Source: an uncultured delta proteobacterium
GTDB taxonomy: Bacteria; Desulfobacterota; Binatia; Binatales; Binataceae
Assembly (NCBI GenBank): GCA_963711565.1
Contig: CAVQEQ010000003.1
Coordinates: 544,001 to 608,000, forward strand
DNA length: 64,000 nucleotides
Reading direction: 5' to 3'
Shown: positions 1-9,928 of the stretch, in pieces
Position numbering within the stretch: the first letter of the stretch is position 1
How the letters are laid out: each line of letters opens with the position of its first letter
Notes under the pieces: generated by a model
Databases searched by the model: none
What the model was told of the DNA's origin: nothing
The model's input: only the letters and a program-made list of their open reading frames with translations
Translations under genes and position numbers: made by a program

Positions 1-2
1 AG

Positions 3-383
3 ATTTACGATCCTGAATTGGGCACCTTCATCAGGACCGGCGACATGAGCGCGCCGCATTACCTGGCGACCGCGACGACGCTCGACAACGGCAATGTACT
101 CGTCGTTGGCGGATGGACAATCAGGGGGCCGATCGTGGTCGGGATGCGCGACGCTGAAGTCTTCATGCCGGAAACGAACGTGTTCTCGCACGTGGGACAA
201 ACCAACGTCGCGCGCCTTACGAACACGGCGACCCTGCTGAACGACGGCGAGGTATTGATCGCCGGCGGCCTAGCAGACAAGGCGTTGGTGACGGCGTCGG
301 TGGAATTCTATTCGCCGAGGCAGCATCGGTTCCTGATGATTCCCGAGTCGAGCGGCGGTGCATCGTCTACGCTGGCACAATAA
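3..383 (+). CDS. Kelch-repeat protein, C-terminal part (5' end outside window)
   Basis: Open frame from window edge (IYDPELGTF...) with Kelch units ATTLDNGNVLVVGG and ATLLNDGEVLIAGG. Confidence 0.85.
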   Translation: MYDPELGTFIRTGDMSAPHYLATATTLDNGNVLVVGGWTIRGPIVVGMRDAEVFMPETNVFSHVGQTNVARLTNTATLLNDGEVLIAGGLADKALVTASVEFYSPRQHRFLMIPESSGGASSTLAQ

Positions 384-464
384 AGGCGCCATCTCTCTCT
401 AAGGTTCACGCTGATCGGCGAAACAAACTAAGAATCGTTACGGAGGCCGGTACGTGCATTCGTT

Positions 465-776
465 TCACTTGGGGGCGCGCTTGGCGATTCGGTCCAGCAT
501 CAGGAAGAAGAGCGCCGCGACCAAAACCGCGACGCTTACTACTTCGTATGGGAACAAATAGTCGAAATCCTGCGCCAGTCCCACCAACCTTCGATGCCAC
601 ATAAGCACGAGGAACAATGCCGACGAGCACAGCAAGTAGATGCTCAACCGCGCTACGAAAGGTAGCGACTTCCAGCTGGAACGCGGGAACTTCGCGTTGA
701 GACTCGCTCCGCATCGCGTGCAGAACGCCGAGCGCGAACTACGGCTCGCGGAGCCGCAGCGGGTGCAGAAACTCAC
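465..776 (-). CDS. Zinc-ribbon domain membrane protein
   Basis: N-terminal FCTRCG...FCTRCG (two CxxC) followed by two hydrophobic segments. Confidence 0.7.
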   Translation of the reverse strand: MSFCTRCGSASRSSRSAFCTRCGASLNAKFPRSSWKSLPFVARLSIYLLCSSALFLVLMWHRRLVGLAQDFDYLFPYEVVSVAVLVAALFFLMLDRIAKRAPK

Positions 777-848
777 GCGATTCCCGCGTGACTGAGATTC
801 ATGGTCGGAGAGTTAAGCAAAATGCCGCGGGACCGGCAAATGGCGAGC

Positions 849-1334
849 CTACTGAACCCGCTTCACACGATAGTCGTGTGCTCCGCGCCCGTGCCATGTC
901 TTGCGGGAACGGTGCGAAAGGAATTGACGCCTCTCTAGTTCGGTGATCGCTTTGCGTGCCGCGCCGCGCGATATGCCCGTGCTCCTGGCGATTGTCTCAA
1001 GCCGCGAGTGAGACGAGCCGAATGCGTACACGATTCCGGCGAGATAGATGTAAACGCGCTTGGCGTTCTCGCTGACGGGCGCTGCCAAAATCGGCGAGTT
1101 GTGCGGGTCGCTTGCGTCGGCCAGCCATCGCCGAAAGCCCAACAACGAAGCAATCAACGTGACTAGAGTCTTGGGTCGCGCCGGCCCGCTTCGTCCGCCG
1201 ATAACGTAAAGACGATCAGGCGTTGGGTCTGTTTTCCGATTGTGATGAAGTGCGACGATCTTGCCGCCACAACGCGAACAGAACTCTGCTCCGTTATTCG
1301 GCGGCTCGAAGCCGCAGCGTGGGCAGCGAATCAT
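849..1334 (-). CDS. Zinc-ribbon plus C-terminal winged HTH-like protein
   Basis: CPRCG...CSRCG N-terminus; C-terminal LETIARSTGISRGAARKAITELERRQFL is HTH-like. Confidence 0.7.
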   Translation of the reverse strand: MIRCPRCGFEPPNNGAEFCSRCGGKIVALHHNRKTDPTPDRLYVIGGRSGPARPKTLVTLIASLLGFRRWLADASDPHNSPILAAPVSENAKRVYIYLAGIVYAFGSSHSRLETIARSTGISRGAARKAITELERRQFLSHRSRKTWHGRGAHDYRVKRVQ

Positions 1335-1442
1335 TCAGTCTGGTGAGCTAGCAAACCGCCGCGCGGCCGACAAATAGCGGACAGAATTCTCTTCGCGATG
1401 ATGACTGGTCACCATGCCGGGCCGTCCTGGAACCGATTCGCG

Positions 1443-1481
1443 GCAACCTAACCCCCCAGCCCCTTCCCTCGAGGGAAGGGG
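1443..1481. repeat. REP-like intergenic palindromic repeat, copy 1
   Basis: gcaacctaacc leader plus perfect 22-bp palindrome ccccttccctcgagggaagggg (1460-1481); related copies near 37511 and 46606. Confidence 0.7.
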
Positions 1482-1524
1482 AGCAATCGCGGAAGGGAAG
1501 CGGAACGCGGCGCTCAAGAAATAG

Positions 1525-3192
1525 CTATCGGATCAAGCTCGAGGTCGATTCGGCGACGTCGGTGACCATCTTGCCGGTGGCGGAGAAGGTCGCGGCCGCC
1601 GGATCGTAGAGGTCGGCGAAGTTTGTTCTGCCGCCGGCAATCAACGCGCTGCCGCTGTCGAGCACGGTCGCAGTCGCGCCGACGTGGAGATTGCGCATCG
1701 AGCCGGTGGCGGAGAAGGTAGCGTGGGCGGGATCGAAAAGTTCAGCGCTCTGTAGAAATTCCGTGTCGCTGCTCTGACCGCCCGCGATCAGCACCTTGCC
1801 ACTGGCCAGCAATACAGCGGATTGAAAGGTGCGCGCCGTGGTCATCGCGCCCACCGGTGAAAATGCCGCGGTCTGAGGATTGAAAACTTCAGCACTGTCG
1901 GTTGGGGCGCTCGCGTCGCTGCCGCCTGCAACAAGTACGGAGCCGGCGAGCGTGCCCGTGACGACGCTCGGCGAAAGCCAGGTCGCGCTGTGATTCTCGC
2001 GCGGCGTACTCATCGTGCCGGTCGAAGTGAACTGGCCGGTGGCAGGGTCGTAGAGTTCCGCCGTGGCGACATCGCCACCGCTCTCATCGCTGGTGCCGCC
2101 CGCGATAAGTACGTTTCCGGCGAGCGGACCGCTGGCAATCAGCGTGGCCGAATGACGCGCGCGCGTCGCCTTCATCGCGCCGGTCGCGGTGAACTTGCCG
2201 GTGGCCGGGTCGTACAGCTCCGCGCTCCTGAGAGTCGAGCCGAGCGAGCCTGTCGCCAACGTCCCACCGGCAATCAATACTTCGCCGTCGGCGGGGCAAT
2301 TGCATCCGGAAATCAGCGTCGCGGTATGTTCGGCGCGCGCGGTGTCCATCGTCGAAGCGAGCGCTGAAAATTTTCCGCTGACAGGATTGTACAATTCAGC
2401 CGACGACAGCGCGCGGCCGGAAGCGCCCTCGCCGCCCGCGACCAGGATTTCGCCGTCGGACAACACGGTCGCCGTGTGATCCGCGCGCGCATCCTTCATC
2501 GAGGAGGCGGCTGCGAACGCGTTTTTGGCGGGGTCGAACAGCTCGGCGCTCGAGAGCGCAAACTGGCCGCCGCCCTGCCCGCCCGCCAGCAGCACGAAAC
2601 CGTTATGCGACACCGAAGCGGGATGTGCCGCCGGCGAAGCGCCCGCGGGTTTCGATGCAGCCGCAGGATTGGCCGCGGGCGAGGTGCTTGGCGAGGTGCC
2701 CGCCGAAGTCGGCAGTGAGCCTCCCGTCGGTGAAGTCAGCGGCGCCGAGACGCCGCCGACCGCGCTCATCGCAACCGGGCCCGCGCCTTGAGCGTTGGCG
2801 CCGCTGACAGGAGCGCCGCTGCCCTGATCATTCCACACTCCGGACGACGGTGGCGGCGGCTCAGGATTTTCTTGCGGCAAATCCGGAACCATCACGACCA
2901 ACGACGAGTCGGTCGATTTATTTTTCGGTGAAGGCCGCGCGAATCCGATCTGCTTGGGCAGAGCGCTAGCGACAGGGGACGCGTGACTCGGATGGGTCGC
3001 GCCGCTCGATGCTGCCAATCGCGGTGCCGATGCGTCGGCGGAAAGCGTCGGCGCCGATGGAATCGAACCGAAGTGAGGACGAGGCGGCTGGCCGCGATCG
3101 AACGCGATCAATACGGCTACGGCGCTCGCGGCGATCACTCCGCCGGCAAGCAACGCATCGCGCATCAGCGGTCGGTCTCTCAATCCAGCCAT
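1525..3192 (-). CDS. Membrane-anchored Kelch-repeat beta-propeller protein with Pro/Ser/Ala-rich linker
   Basis: N-terminal hydrophobic segment, low-complexity linker, about 7 repeats of HTATxLxxGxVLxAGG...SAELYDP. Confidence 0.9.
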   Translation of the reverse strand: MAGLRDRPLMRDALLAGGVIAASAVAVLIAFDRGQPPRPHFGSIPSAPTLSADASAPRLAASSGATHPSHASPVASALPKQIGFARPSPKNKSTDSSLVVMVPDLPQENPEPPPPSSGVWNDQGSGAPVSGANAQGAGPVAMSAVGGVSAPLTSPTGGSLPTSAGTSPSTSPAANPAAASKPAGASPAAHPASVSHNGFVLLAGGQGGGQFALSSAELFDPAKNAFAAASSMKDARADHTATVLSDGEILVAGGEGASGRALSSAELYNPVSGKFSALASTMDTARAEHTATLISGCNCPADGEVLIAGGTLATGSLGSTLRSAELYDPATGKFTATGAMKATRARHSATLIASGPLAGNVLIAGGTSDESGGDVATAELYDPATGQFTSTGTMSTPRENHSATWLSPSVVTGTLAGSVLVAGGSDASAPTDSAEVFNPQTAAFSPVGAMTTARTFQSAVLLASGKVLIAGGQSSDTEFLQSAELFDPAHATFSATGSMRNLHVGATATVLDSGSALIAGGRTNFADLYDPAAATFSATGKMVTDVAESTSSLIR

Positions 3193-3267
3193 CGCAGCAA
3201 ACCCCCTCGCGAGCGATTCCCCGATGAGATTAACGAGATGCTAGTATGATTGCGCGCAATGAGGAAG

Positions 3268-3681
3268 TCACCACGATGGGGTGCGGGCGGCGAGGTTCCA
3301 GAATTCGCGTGGACTAATGATGCGCAGAGCTTTGGACTTTTTCTTCAGCGCGAGCATCTCGTGATCGCCGGTAATCAAAATTTCCGCTTTTGCGTTGATC
3401 GCCGAAGCGACAACCATCAGATCGTTTCGTTCGCTTAGATCCAGATCGGGCAGGCGGTGTGGCCTGGGCTCAACATGATAACCGCGAAGGAACCTCTCGT
3501 GCCCCTTCACGATATCCGCCGGCATGCCGAACTTTTTGCTCCGCGCTCGACGTAATTCCTCGATCACTACTTCGCCGGTTACCAACTCGTAATCCTCGAT
3601 TATCCGCTGCAACACCTCCGCGCACAGGCCGCGCGTACCGAAGGCGCTTGCGAGTACGTTAGTGTCGAGGAAGACCCTCAC
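3268..3681 (-). CDS. PIN-domain (VapC-like) toxin
   Basis: VFLDTNVL start, ILITGD motif; overlaps the upstream RHH gene by 4 bp. Confidence 0.9.
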   Translation of the reverse strand: MRVFLDTNVLASAFGTRGLCAEVLQRIIEDYELVTGEVVIEELRRARSKKFGMPADIVKGHERFLRGYHVEPRPHRLPDLDLSERNDLMVVASAINAKAEILITGDHEMLALKKKSKALRIISPREFWNLAARTPSW

Positions 3682-3899
3682 GAGACGCTATCGAAAACGT
3701 CCTCGTCCGTGAGAAAGCCATGCGCGGCAGCATACGGCATCGTTTGACGGCGCAGTTGTTGGAATCGCATTACCGCGAGATGCCGCTTGAGCGCCGCGCG
3801 GATGACGTCGCTTCGCGTGCGTCCCGAACGTTTGCAGACTTCATCCAGAATTGGCGCCAACTCGTCGTCGATTCGGACGGTGATAGTGTTTCCCTTCAT
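3678..3899 (-). CDS. Ribbon-helix-helix (CopG-like) antitoxin
   Basis: TITVRIDDEL...GRTRSDVIRAAL RHH pattern; start taken at ATG 3899 (alternative 3908). Confidence 0.85.
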   Translation of the reverse strand: MKGNTITVRIDDELAPILDEVCKRSGRTRSDVIRAALKRHLAVMRFQQLRRQTMPYAAAHGFLTDEDVFDSVS

Positions 3900-3918
3900 G
3901 TGTGACATGGTAACACAT
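3898..3918. promoter_or_regulatory. Probable TA autoregulatory operator
   Basis: Inverted repeat atgtgtgac-atg-gtaacacat (1 mismatch) overlapping a TACCAT -10-like hexamer and the antitoxin start on the minus strand. Confidence 0.55.
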
Positions 3919-4011
3919 CCGGATCGATGTTGCCAAGTGTGAGGCAGAGCGGCAGGACGGGTTTATTTGGGGGCGCTTGCGTGATGAAATCTCCTGGCGA
4001 GATCGGAGGCA

Positions 4012-5142
4012 TTGGGAAGCTTGATCCTGGAAGCGGAAACGATTCGACCTCAGGGCGCGGTTGATCCGCGCACTGCGGCGTCCGCGGGGCGCGCGGTCAC
4101 GCTCGACCCGCCGCCGGAGCGCATCCTGGTCAAGGAAGTCAACTGGCTCGGCGACGTTGTGATGAGTCTGCCCGCGCTGCGGGCGATTCGGCGCACGTGG
4201 CCGCGCGCGCGTCTCGCGGTGCTCGTCAAGCAGGAGCTCGCGAGCTTTTTCGACGGCGCGCGATGGATCGACGAGGTGATTCCGTATTCGGTTGGGCGCG
4301 GTCTCTCCGGGTTTTTCGATCGGCGCAGGATTGTCGGGGAAATCCGTTCGCGGCGTTTCGACCTTGGCATTTTGTTTCCCAACAGTTTCGAGTCGGCGTT
4401 GTGGCTCACGATGGCGGGAATCCGGCGGCGCGCCGGGTTTATCGCGGACGCGCGCGGCGCGATGCTGACGCTGAAGGCGACGCCGCCGTCCGACGCGGTC
4501 ACGGGTCACCAGGTGAACTACTGGCTCGCGATGGTGCGCGCGACGGGCGTTGCTGACGGCTCCGCCGACGATTTCGCAATCGACGTGCACCCTCCGCATC
4601 GCGAGCGGATGCGCGAATGGATCGCGGCGAATCGCAAGCGTCCCGGCCGTCGTGTTTTTGCGATCGCACCGGCGGCGGCGTACGGACCGGCCAAGGAATG
4701 GCCGGCGGAAAGCTACGGCACGCTGATCGATTTGCTCGCGCGGCGCGAGAACGCGGAGGTCGTGCTGGTCGGCGCGCCGTCGGAGTGCGCCAAATGCGAA
4801 GAAGTCGCGGCCGCGAGCAAAGCGGGCGCGATGATCGCCGCCGGACACACCAATATCGGCGAGCTGATCGCGCTGTTATCGCTATGCGACGGGTTTATCG
4901 GCAACGATTCAGGATGCATGCACCTGGCGGGAGCGCTTGGAATTCCAACCGTTGCGATTTTCGGATCGACCAATCCGAATCGCACCGGACCGATGGGACC
5001 GAAGACCCGTGTGATTTACCGCAAGCTCGAATGCAGCCCATGCCTGGCGCGCACCTGCCGCTTCGGGCATTACAACTGCCTGACGCAAATCGAGCCGGCG
5101 GAGCTGGCCGACGCGATCGTCGCGATTAGGCCGCCGCATTGA
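4012..5142 (+). CDS. waaF: LPS heptosyltransferase II (GT9)
   Basis: NWLGDVVMSLPAL, PAAAYGPAKEWP and GNDSGCMHLAGALG motifs; exact start uncertain. Confidence 0.9.
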   Translation: MGSLILEAETIRPQGAVDPRTAASAGRAVTLDPPPERILVKEVNWLGDVVMSLPALRAIRRTWPRARLAVLVKQELASFFDGARWIDEVIPYSVGRGLSGFFDRRRIVGEIRSRRFDLGILFPNSFESALWLTMAGIRRRAGFIADARGAMLTLKATPPSDAVTGHQVNYWLAMVRATGVADGSADDFAIDVHPPHRERMREWIAANRKRPGRRVFAIAPAAAYGPAKEWPAESYGTLIDLLARRENAEVVLVGAPSECAKCEEVAAASKAGAMIAAGHTNIGELIALLSLCDGFIGNDSGCMHLAGALGIPTVAIFGSTNPNRTGPMGPKTRVIYRKLECSPCLARTCRFGHYNCLTQIEPAELADAIVAIRPPH

Positions 5143-5221
5143 ACGCTGGAACTGAAATGATAGAAAGGCGCATCCCGGCTGGAAACCGTCCGGCCCGCGA
5201 AACTCGAAGGGAGGAACTTCG

Positions 5222-5731
5222 ATGAAGAAACTGGTGATAATGGGTGCGCTTGTGGGCGCGATTGCTCTGTTTGTTTTCGCGCAACAGTCGAACGCGAAAG
5301 AAAGCGACGAAGCTCAAATCCGGGCGATGGAAGCGGCGATGATAGAGGCTTACGCGGCGAAGGACCTGGACCACGCGCTCGCCGGATACGCTCAGGACGA
5401 GACCCTGTTCGTCTTCGACGCGATTCCGCCGCGGCAATACGTCGGCATCAAGGCATGGCGCGCGGACAATGAAGGCTTCCTCGCGCTGTTCCAGGGACCC
5501 GTCAAGGCGGAAATGTCCGACCTTGGCGTCACTACCAACGGCAAGCTGGGCTTCGGGCACAACATCCAGCACTTCAGCGGCACGGGCAAAGACGGCAAAC
5601 CGATCGACCTGACCCTTCGAGTGAGCGACGGCTACAAGAAGATCAACGGGAAGTGGATGATCGTCGAGGAGCACATATCGTTCCCGGTCGATATCACGAC
5701 CGGAAAGGCGGACTTTAGTTCGAAGCCGTAG
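5222..5731 (+). CDS. Secreted NTF2/SnoaL-like (YybH-type) protein
   Basis: Signal peptide, FDAIPP and KKINGKWMIVEEHISFP motifs; SD gggagga. Confidence 0.8.
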   Translation: MKKLVIMGALVGAIALFVFAQQSNAKESDEAQIRAMEAAMIEAYAAKDLDHALAGYAQDETLFVFDAIPPRQYVGIKAWRADNEGFLALFQGPVKAEMSDLGVTTNGKLGFGHNIQHFSGTGKDGKPIDLTLRVSDGYKKINGKWMIVEEHISFPVDITTGKADFSSKP

Positions 5732-5751
5732 CGGAAATTCAAGGCGTCAAG

Positions 5752-6771
5752 ATGAAACTCAAGGAACTCGCATCGAAGCTGGGACTCGAAATTCGCGGTG
5801 ACGGCGGCGTGGAGATTTTCGCGCCGGCGCCGATCGAGGCCGCCGGTCCCGGCATGATCGTATTTGTCGCGGGGGCGAAGTACGCGCCCGCGCTGCAATC
5901 CAGCGTCTCGGCAGCCATCACGACCGCGGAACTGGCTGCGGGCGCGAAGTGCGCGACGTTGATCAGCGCGAATCCATACGCGGACTTTGCGCGCGTGCTC
6001 GCGATTTTTTTTCCGCCGTACCGGCCGGCACAGGGAATCGATCCGCGTGCTTCGATCGCGCCCGACGCCACGATCGGTGCGAACGCGTCGATTGGCGCGT
6101 CGGCGGTGATCGGTGAGGGCGTGTCCATTGGGCGCGACGCGGTGATTCATCCGAACGTGACGATTTACCCCAACGTGCGCATCGGCGATCGCTTCACCGC
6201 GCACAGCGGCGTGTCGATTCGCGAGGGCTCGGTGATTGGAAATCGCGTGACGCTGTTGAACGGCGCGGTGATCGGCGCCGACGGATTCGGGTTCGTCGAG
6301 GAAAAGGGCGACCTGATCAAAATTCCGCAAGTGGGCAGCGTCATCATAGAAGATGATGTGGAGATTGGCGCGAATTCGACGGTCGATCGCGCGATGATGG
6401 GCGCGACGGTGCTGCATCGCGGCGTGAAACTCGACGACCAGGTGCATATTGGGCACAACTGCGAAATCGGCGAGTACTCGCGCTTCTCGGGGCACACCGG
6501 AATCTCGGGCTCGACGCGAATCGGCAAATGGTGCCTGTTCGGCGGACAGGTGGGATGCGCCGACCACGTGACGATCGGCGACCGCGTGATGGTGGTCGCG
6601 AAGGCCGGTATCCACAACGACCTGAAGGACGACGCGATCGTCTCGGGCATCCCGGCGGTGGACGTGCGCAAGTTCCGCCGCTACGCCGTAGTGCTGACGC
6701 GGCTGCCGGAGATTATTCGGCGCGTGCGTGCGCTGGAACATCGCGCCGGTATCGACAACCGCGAAGCGTAA
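5752..6771 (+). CDS. lpxD: UDP-3-O-(3-hydroxyacyl)glucosamine N-acyltransferase
   Basis: NPYADFA, hexapeptide repeats, GADGFGF, KIPQVG, KLDDQVHIGHN. Confidence 0.95.
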   Translation: MKLKELASKLGLEIRGDGGVEIFAPAPIEAAGPGMIVFVAGAKYAPALQSSVSAAITTAELAAGAKCATLISANPYADFARVLAIFFPPYRPAQGIDPRASIAPDATIGANASIGASAVIGEGVSIGRDAVIHPNVTIYPNVRIGDRFTAHSGVSIREGSVIGNRVTLLNGAVIGADGFGFVEEKGDLIKIPQVGSVIIEDDVEIGANSTVDRAMMGATVLHRGVKLDDQVHIGHNCEIGEYSRFSGHTGISGSTRIGKWCLFGGQVGCADHVTIGDRVMVVAKAGIHNDLKDDAIVSGIPAVDVRKFRRYAVVLTRLPEIIRRVRALEHRAGIDNREA

Positions 6772-6784
6772 GCTCTGGTCTCCA

Positions 6785-7711
6785 GTGCCAGCGCTGACGT
6801 TCACGCTTCGGCCACGGCCGCCGTTCCGTCTCGACTTGACCGTATGGGCAATCCGTCGGCGGCCGCATAACGTCGTCGATCGATTCGACGACGGCGTCTG
6901 GCGCCGAGTGTTGGTTATCGGCAAGTCGCCGGTGGCTGTCGCAGTCACACAGACTCGGCGCGGCTCGCGTCCGGAAATCGAAGTACGGATTTCAGCGGCA
7001 CGTCCGCAAGCGGTGAAGGCAGAAGTCACTGCGATCGTGACGAGGATGCTCGGACTCGAACGTGACCTGTCGGACTTTTACCGGCTCGCGCGCAGTGATG
7101 CGCGTCTGCGGGAGCTGGCCGAGCGTTTGCGAGGAATGAAACCCGTGCGCTACGCGACGGTGTTCGAAGCGTTCGCGAATGCCGTAGCATGCCAGCTCGT
7201 GTCGCTGAGCGCGGGAATGCATGTGCTGAATCGGATAGCGGGAGCGTTCGGAGCGCTCGGCAAGATCAAAAGCGCGGCGCCGATGCGATCGTTCCCGGCC
7301 GCGGCCGCGATTGTACGCTCGAATCCTGAAGCGCTGCGCACGCTGGGGCTCAGTATGCAGAAGGGGGAATACCTAATCGGCCTCGCGCGGCTGGCGATCG
7401 ATCCGAAGGATCGCGACTTCGCGTCGATCGAGCGGCTCGCGGACGGCGACGCAATCGCGCGCCTTTCGACGATTCGCGGGGTTGGACGCTGGACCGCGGA
7501 ATACGTGATGCTGCGCGGCTTCGGCCGCATCAACATTTTCCCCGGCGACAACGTCGGCGGGCGCAACAAACTCTTCGAGTGGCTCGGCGAGGACGGCGAG
7601 CCGACCTACGCCGGCGTGGCCGCGATGCTCAAGCGGTGGCATCCGTACGGCGGACTCATCTATCTTCATTTGATTGTGAATGCAGTCGCCGACGCCGGTT
7701 TTCTCGCGTGA
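6785..7711 (+). CDS. alkA: DNA-3-methyladenine glycosylase II family (HhH-GPD)
   Basis: PFRLDLTVWA N-domain, GVGRWTAEYVMLRG...FPGD, WHPYGG; GTG start at 6785 inferred. Confidence 0.8.
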   Translation: MPALTFTLRPRPPFRLDLTVWAIRRRPHNVVDRFDDGVWRRVLVIGKSPVAVAVTQTRRGSRPEIEVRISAARPQAVKAEVTAIVTRMLGLERDLSDFYRLARSDARLRELAERLRGMKPVRYATVFEAFANAVACQLVSLSAGMHVLNRIAGAFGALGKIKSAAPMRSFPAAAAIVRSNPEALRTLGLSMQKGEYLIGLARLAIDPKDRDFASIERLADGDAIARLSTIRGVGRWTAEYVMLRGFGRINIFPGDNVGGRNKLFEWLGEDGEPTYAGVAAMLKRWHPYGGLIYLHLIVNAVADAGFLA

Positions 7712-7765
7712 TCGGGCCCGGGAAATTCCGAATCGCGAACTTTATGCTCTGCGAGGAGAAATGAG

Positions 7766-8167
7766 ATGGAGAAAAAGTACATCAATCCGGATACGCTGAT
7801 GACGCCGCGCGGTTTTACGCAAGTCGTGACGGTCGCGGGGGCGTCGAAGCTGGTATTTATTTCGGGCCAGGTCGCGGTCGATAAGAAAGGCAAGCTGGTC
7901 GGGCCGGGCGACCTGAAGGCGCAGATTCGGCAGGCAGCGAGCAATCTGAAAGCCGCGCTGACCGCTGCAGGAGCCACCGCCGCGGACATCGTAAAAACCA
8001 ATACTTACATCGTCAACTACAAGCAGTCCGACTATTCCGCGATGCGCGAGGCGCGCGCCGAGTTGTTTCCGGAAGGCGAGCCGCCGGCCTCGACGATGGT
8101 GGGCGTAACCTCGCTCGCAATCGACGGGCTGATGGTCGAGATGGAAGCGATCGCCGCGGTGAAGTGA
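7766..8167 (+). CDS. RidA/YjgF/UK114 family protein
   Basis: VFISGQV, PPASTMVGVTSL and VEMEAIA motifs. Confidence 0.9.
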   Translation: MEKKYINPDTLMTPRGFTQVVTVAGASKLVFISGQVAVDKKGKLVGPGDLKAQIRQAASNLKAALTAAGATAADIVKTNTYIVNYKQSDYSAMREARAELFPEGEPPASTMVGVTSLAIDGLMVEMEAIAAVK

Positions 8168-8378
8168 GCAACTGAGCGAGCCGGTCGAGTCCTGAGCCGC
8201 CCTGCCGCTGCAGTCCGGGGGCTGAAAATAGCCCCCGACCGTCCTCATGTTATAATTTCTTACAATTTGATTCATTCGTGCGGTCATAGTAGACAGTAGT
8301 GTTCGTCGGCAAAGTTGCCGGCGGCGGCAAGCTCGATCCGCGTGGTCCAGCTATCCGCAAATGACGGAGGAAATTATA

Positions 8379-9689
8379 ATGGAAGCAGAAGTGCAACCGC
8401 TCGTGGCGCCTCGCCGGGGGATGGGGACGATGACCAGTATCGAGGAACAATATCGCGGCGTGACCGAAAAATCGGCGCAACTCGCCAAACGCGCCGAGCG
8501 CGTGATGCCCGGCGGTGACACGCGTACGACCACCAACTACAAGCCCTACCCGCTGACGCTCGAGCGCGGCGAAGGTCCGTTTTTGTGGGACGTTGACGGC
8601 AACAGGTACATCGACCTCCTTGGCAACTACACCAGCCTGGTGCATGGCAACGCCTATCCGCCGATCGTCGCGGCTGCGACCAAGGCGGTGCGTGACGGCA
8701 GCTCGTGGCCGGCGCGATCGGTGGCGCAGACCGAGCTGGCGGCGCTGTTGTGCGAGCGCGTCGAGTCGGTCGAGCGTGTGCGATTCTGTAATTCAGGGAC
8801 AGAGGCCGGGATGCTCGCGGCGCAAGTCGCGCGGCGCCTCACCGGCCGCAAGCTCATCTTGATGGCGCGCTACGGCTACCATGGATCGTACGACGACTTG
8901 GAAGTCGGGCTGGCCGGCCAGGACGGCGAGCGCACGATGCTCGCGGACTTCGGCGAGGCGACGGCGTTCGAGGCGTTGCTGTCGGAGCGCGGCGCGGAAA
9001 TCGCGGCGGTGTTTCTGGAGCCGGTGCTCGGCTCGGCGGGAGTCGTGGAGCCGCCGGCGGGATTTCTCGAGCGCGTGGCTGAAGCGACGCGACGCGCGGG
9101 CGCGATGTTCGTTGTCGATGAAGTGATCACGCTGAGGCTGGCCGAAGGCGGCGGGCAGCAGATTTTCGAGGTCAAGCCGGACCTGACGATGTTCGGAAAG
9201 ATCATCGGCGGCGGATTCCCGGTCGGCGCAATCGGCGGCAGCGAAGACGTGATGTCGGCATTCGATCCGCGCAATCGCGGATCGATTTTTCATTCGGGCA
9301 CGTTCAACGGCAATCCTGTAACCTGCGCGGCGGGCGCCGTTTCGATCCGCGAGCTGACGCAGGCGCGAATCGACAAGATGGCCAAGCAGGGTGAGCGGCT
9401 GGCGGCCGAGCTGGCGCGCGCGGCGCGGCAAGTGGATCTGCCGTTTTCCGTGCGGCATTGCGGATCGCTGCTGAACGTATTTTTTCTCAAGGAGCCGCCG
9501 GCCCCGACGATCGCGCGCGAGGACGCCCGCGCAATCTCCAATTTCCATCTGGCAGCGCTCAATCAGGGTTTGTTTCTCGCGCCACGCGGGATGATCGCGC
9601 TCTCGACGGTGATCACCGACGAAGTGCTGAGCGAGATTTGCGAGCGCACCGCGAAAGCGATGGCCGACGTTGCGCAAGCCGGCGAATAG
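8379..9689 (+). CDS. Class III aminotransferase (glutamate-1-semialdehyde aminomutase-like)
   Basis: WDVDGNRYID, NSGTEA, DEVIT, FGKIIGGGFPVG, HSGTFNGNP; SD ggagg before ATG 8379. Confidence 0.9.
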   Translation: MEAEVQPLVAPRRGMGTMTSIEEQYRGVTEKSAQLAKRAERVMPGGDTRTTTNYKPYPLTLERGEGPFLWDVDGNRYIDLLGNYTSLVHGNAYPPIVAAATKAVRDGSSWPARSVAQTELAALLCERVESVERVRFCNSGTEAGMLAAQVARRLTGRKLILMARYGYHGSYDDLEVGLAGQDGERTMLADFGEATAFEALLSERGAEIAAVFLEPVLGSAGVVEPPAGFLERVAEATRRAGAMFVVDEVITLRLAEGGGQQIFEVKPDLTMFGKIIGGGFPVGAIGGSEDVMSAFDPRNRGSIFHSGTFNGNPVTCAAGAVSIRELTQARIDKMAKQGERLAAELARAARQVDLPFSVRHCGSLLNVFFLKEPPAPTIAREDARAISNFHLAALNQGLFLAPRGMIALSTVITDEVLSEICERTAKAMADVAQAGE

Positions 9690-9928
9690 CGCAGCTTCAG
9701 CACATAACTTTTCTTAAACGACAGGAACTCGCGTTACCATCAACGCCGGTTCCTGTTTTTCGTTTCTGTTTATAGCCGCGACTCACAATTGAATCGCGCG
9801 CGTCACATTGAATTGATCGCGCCGAAAAAACTCCTTCATCGCGCCGTCAAACTCCCCGGCTAAGGTTGCGCATCTCGCGGATCGAATTCGTCCGTACGCA
9901 AACCAACATGCCAGGGAGGAACAGGACA

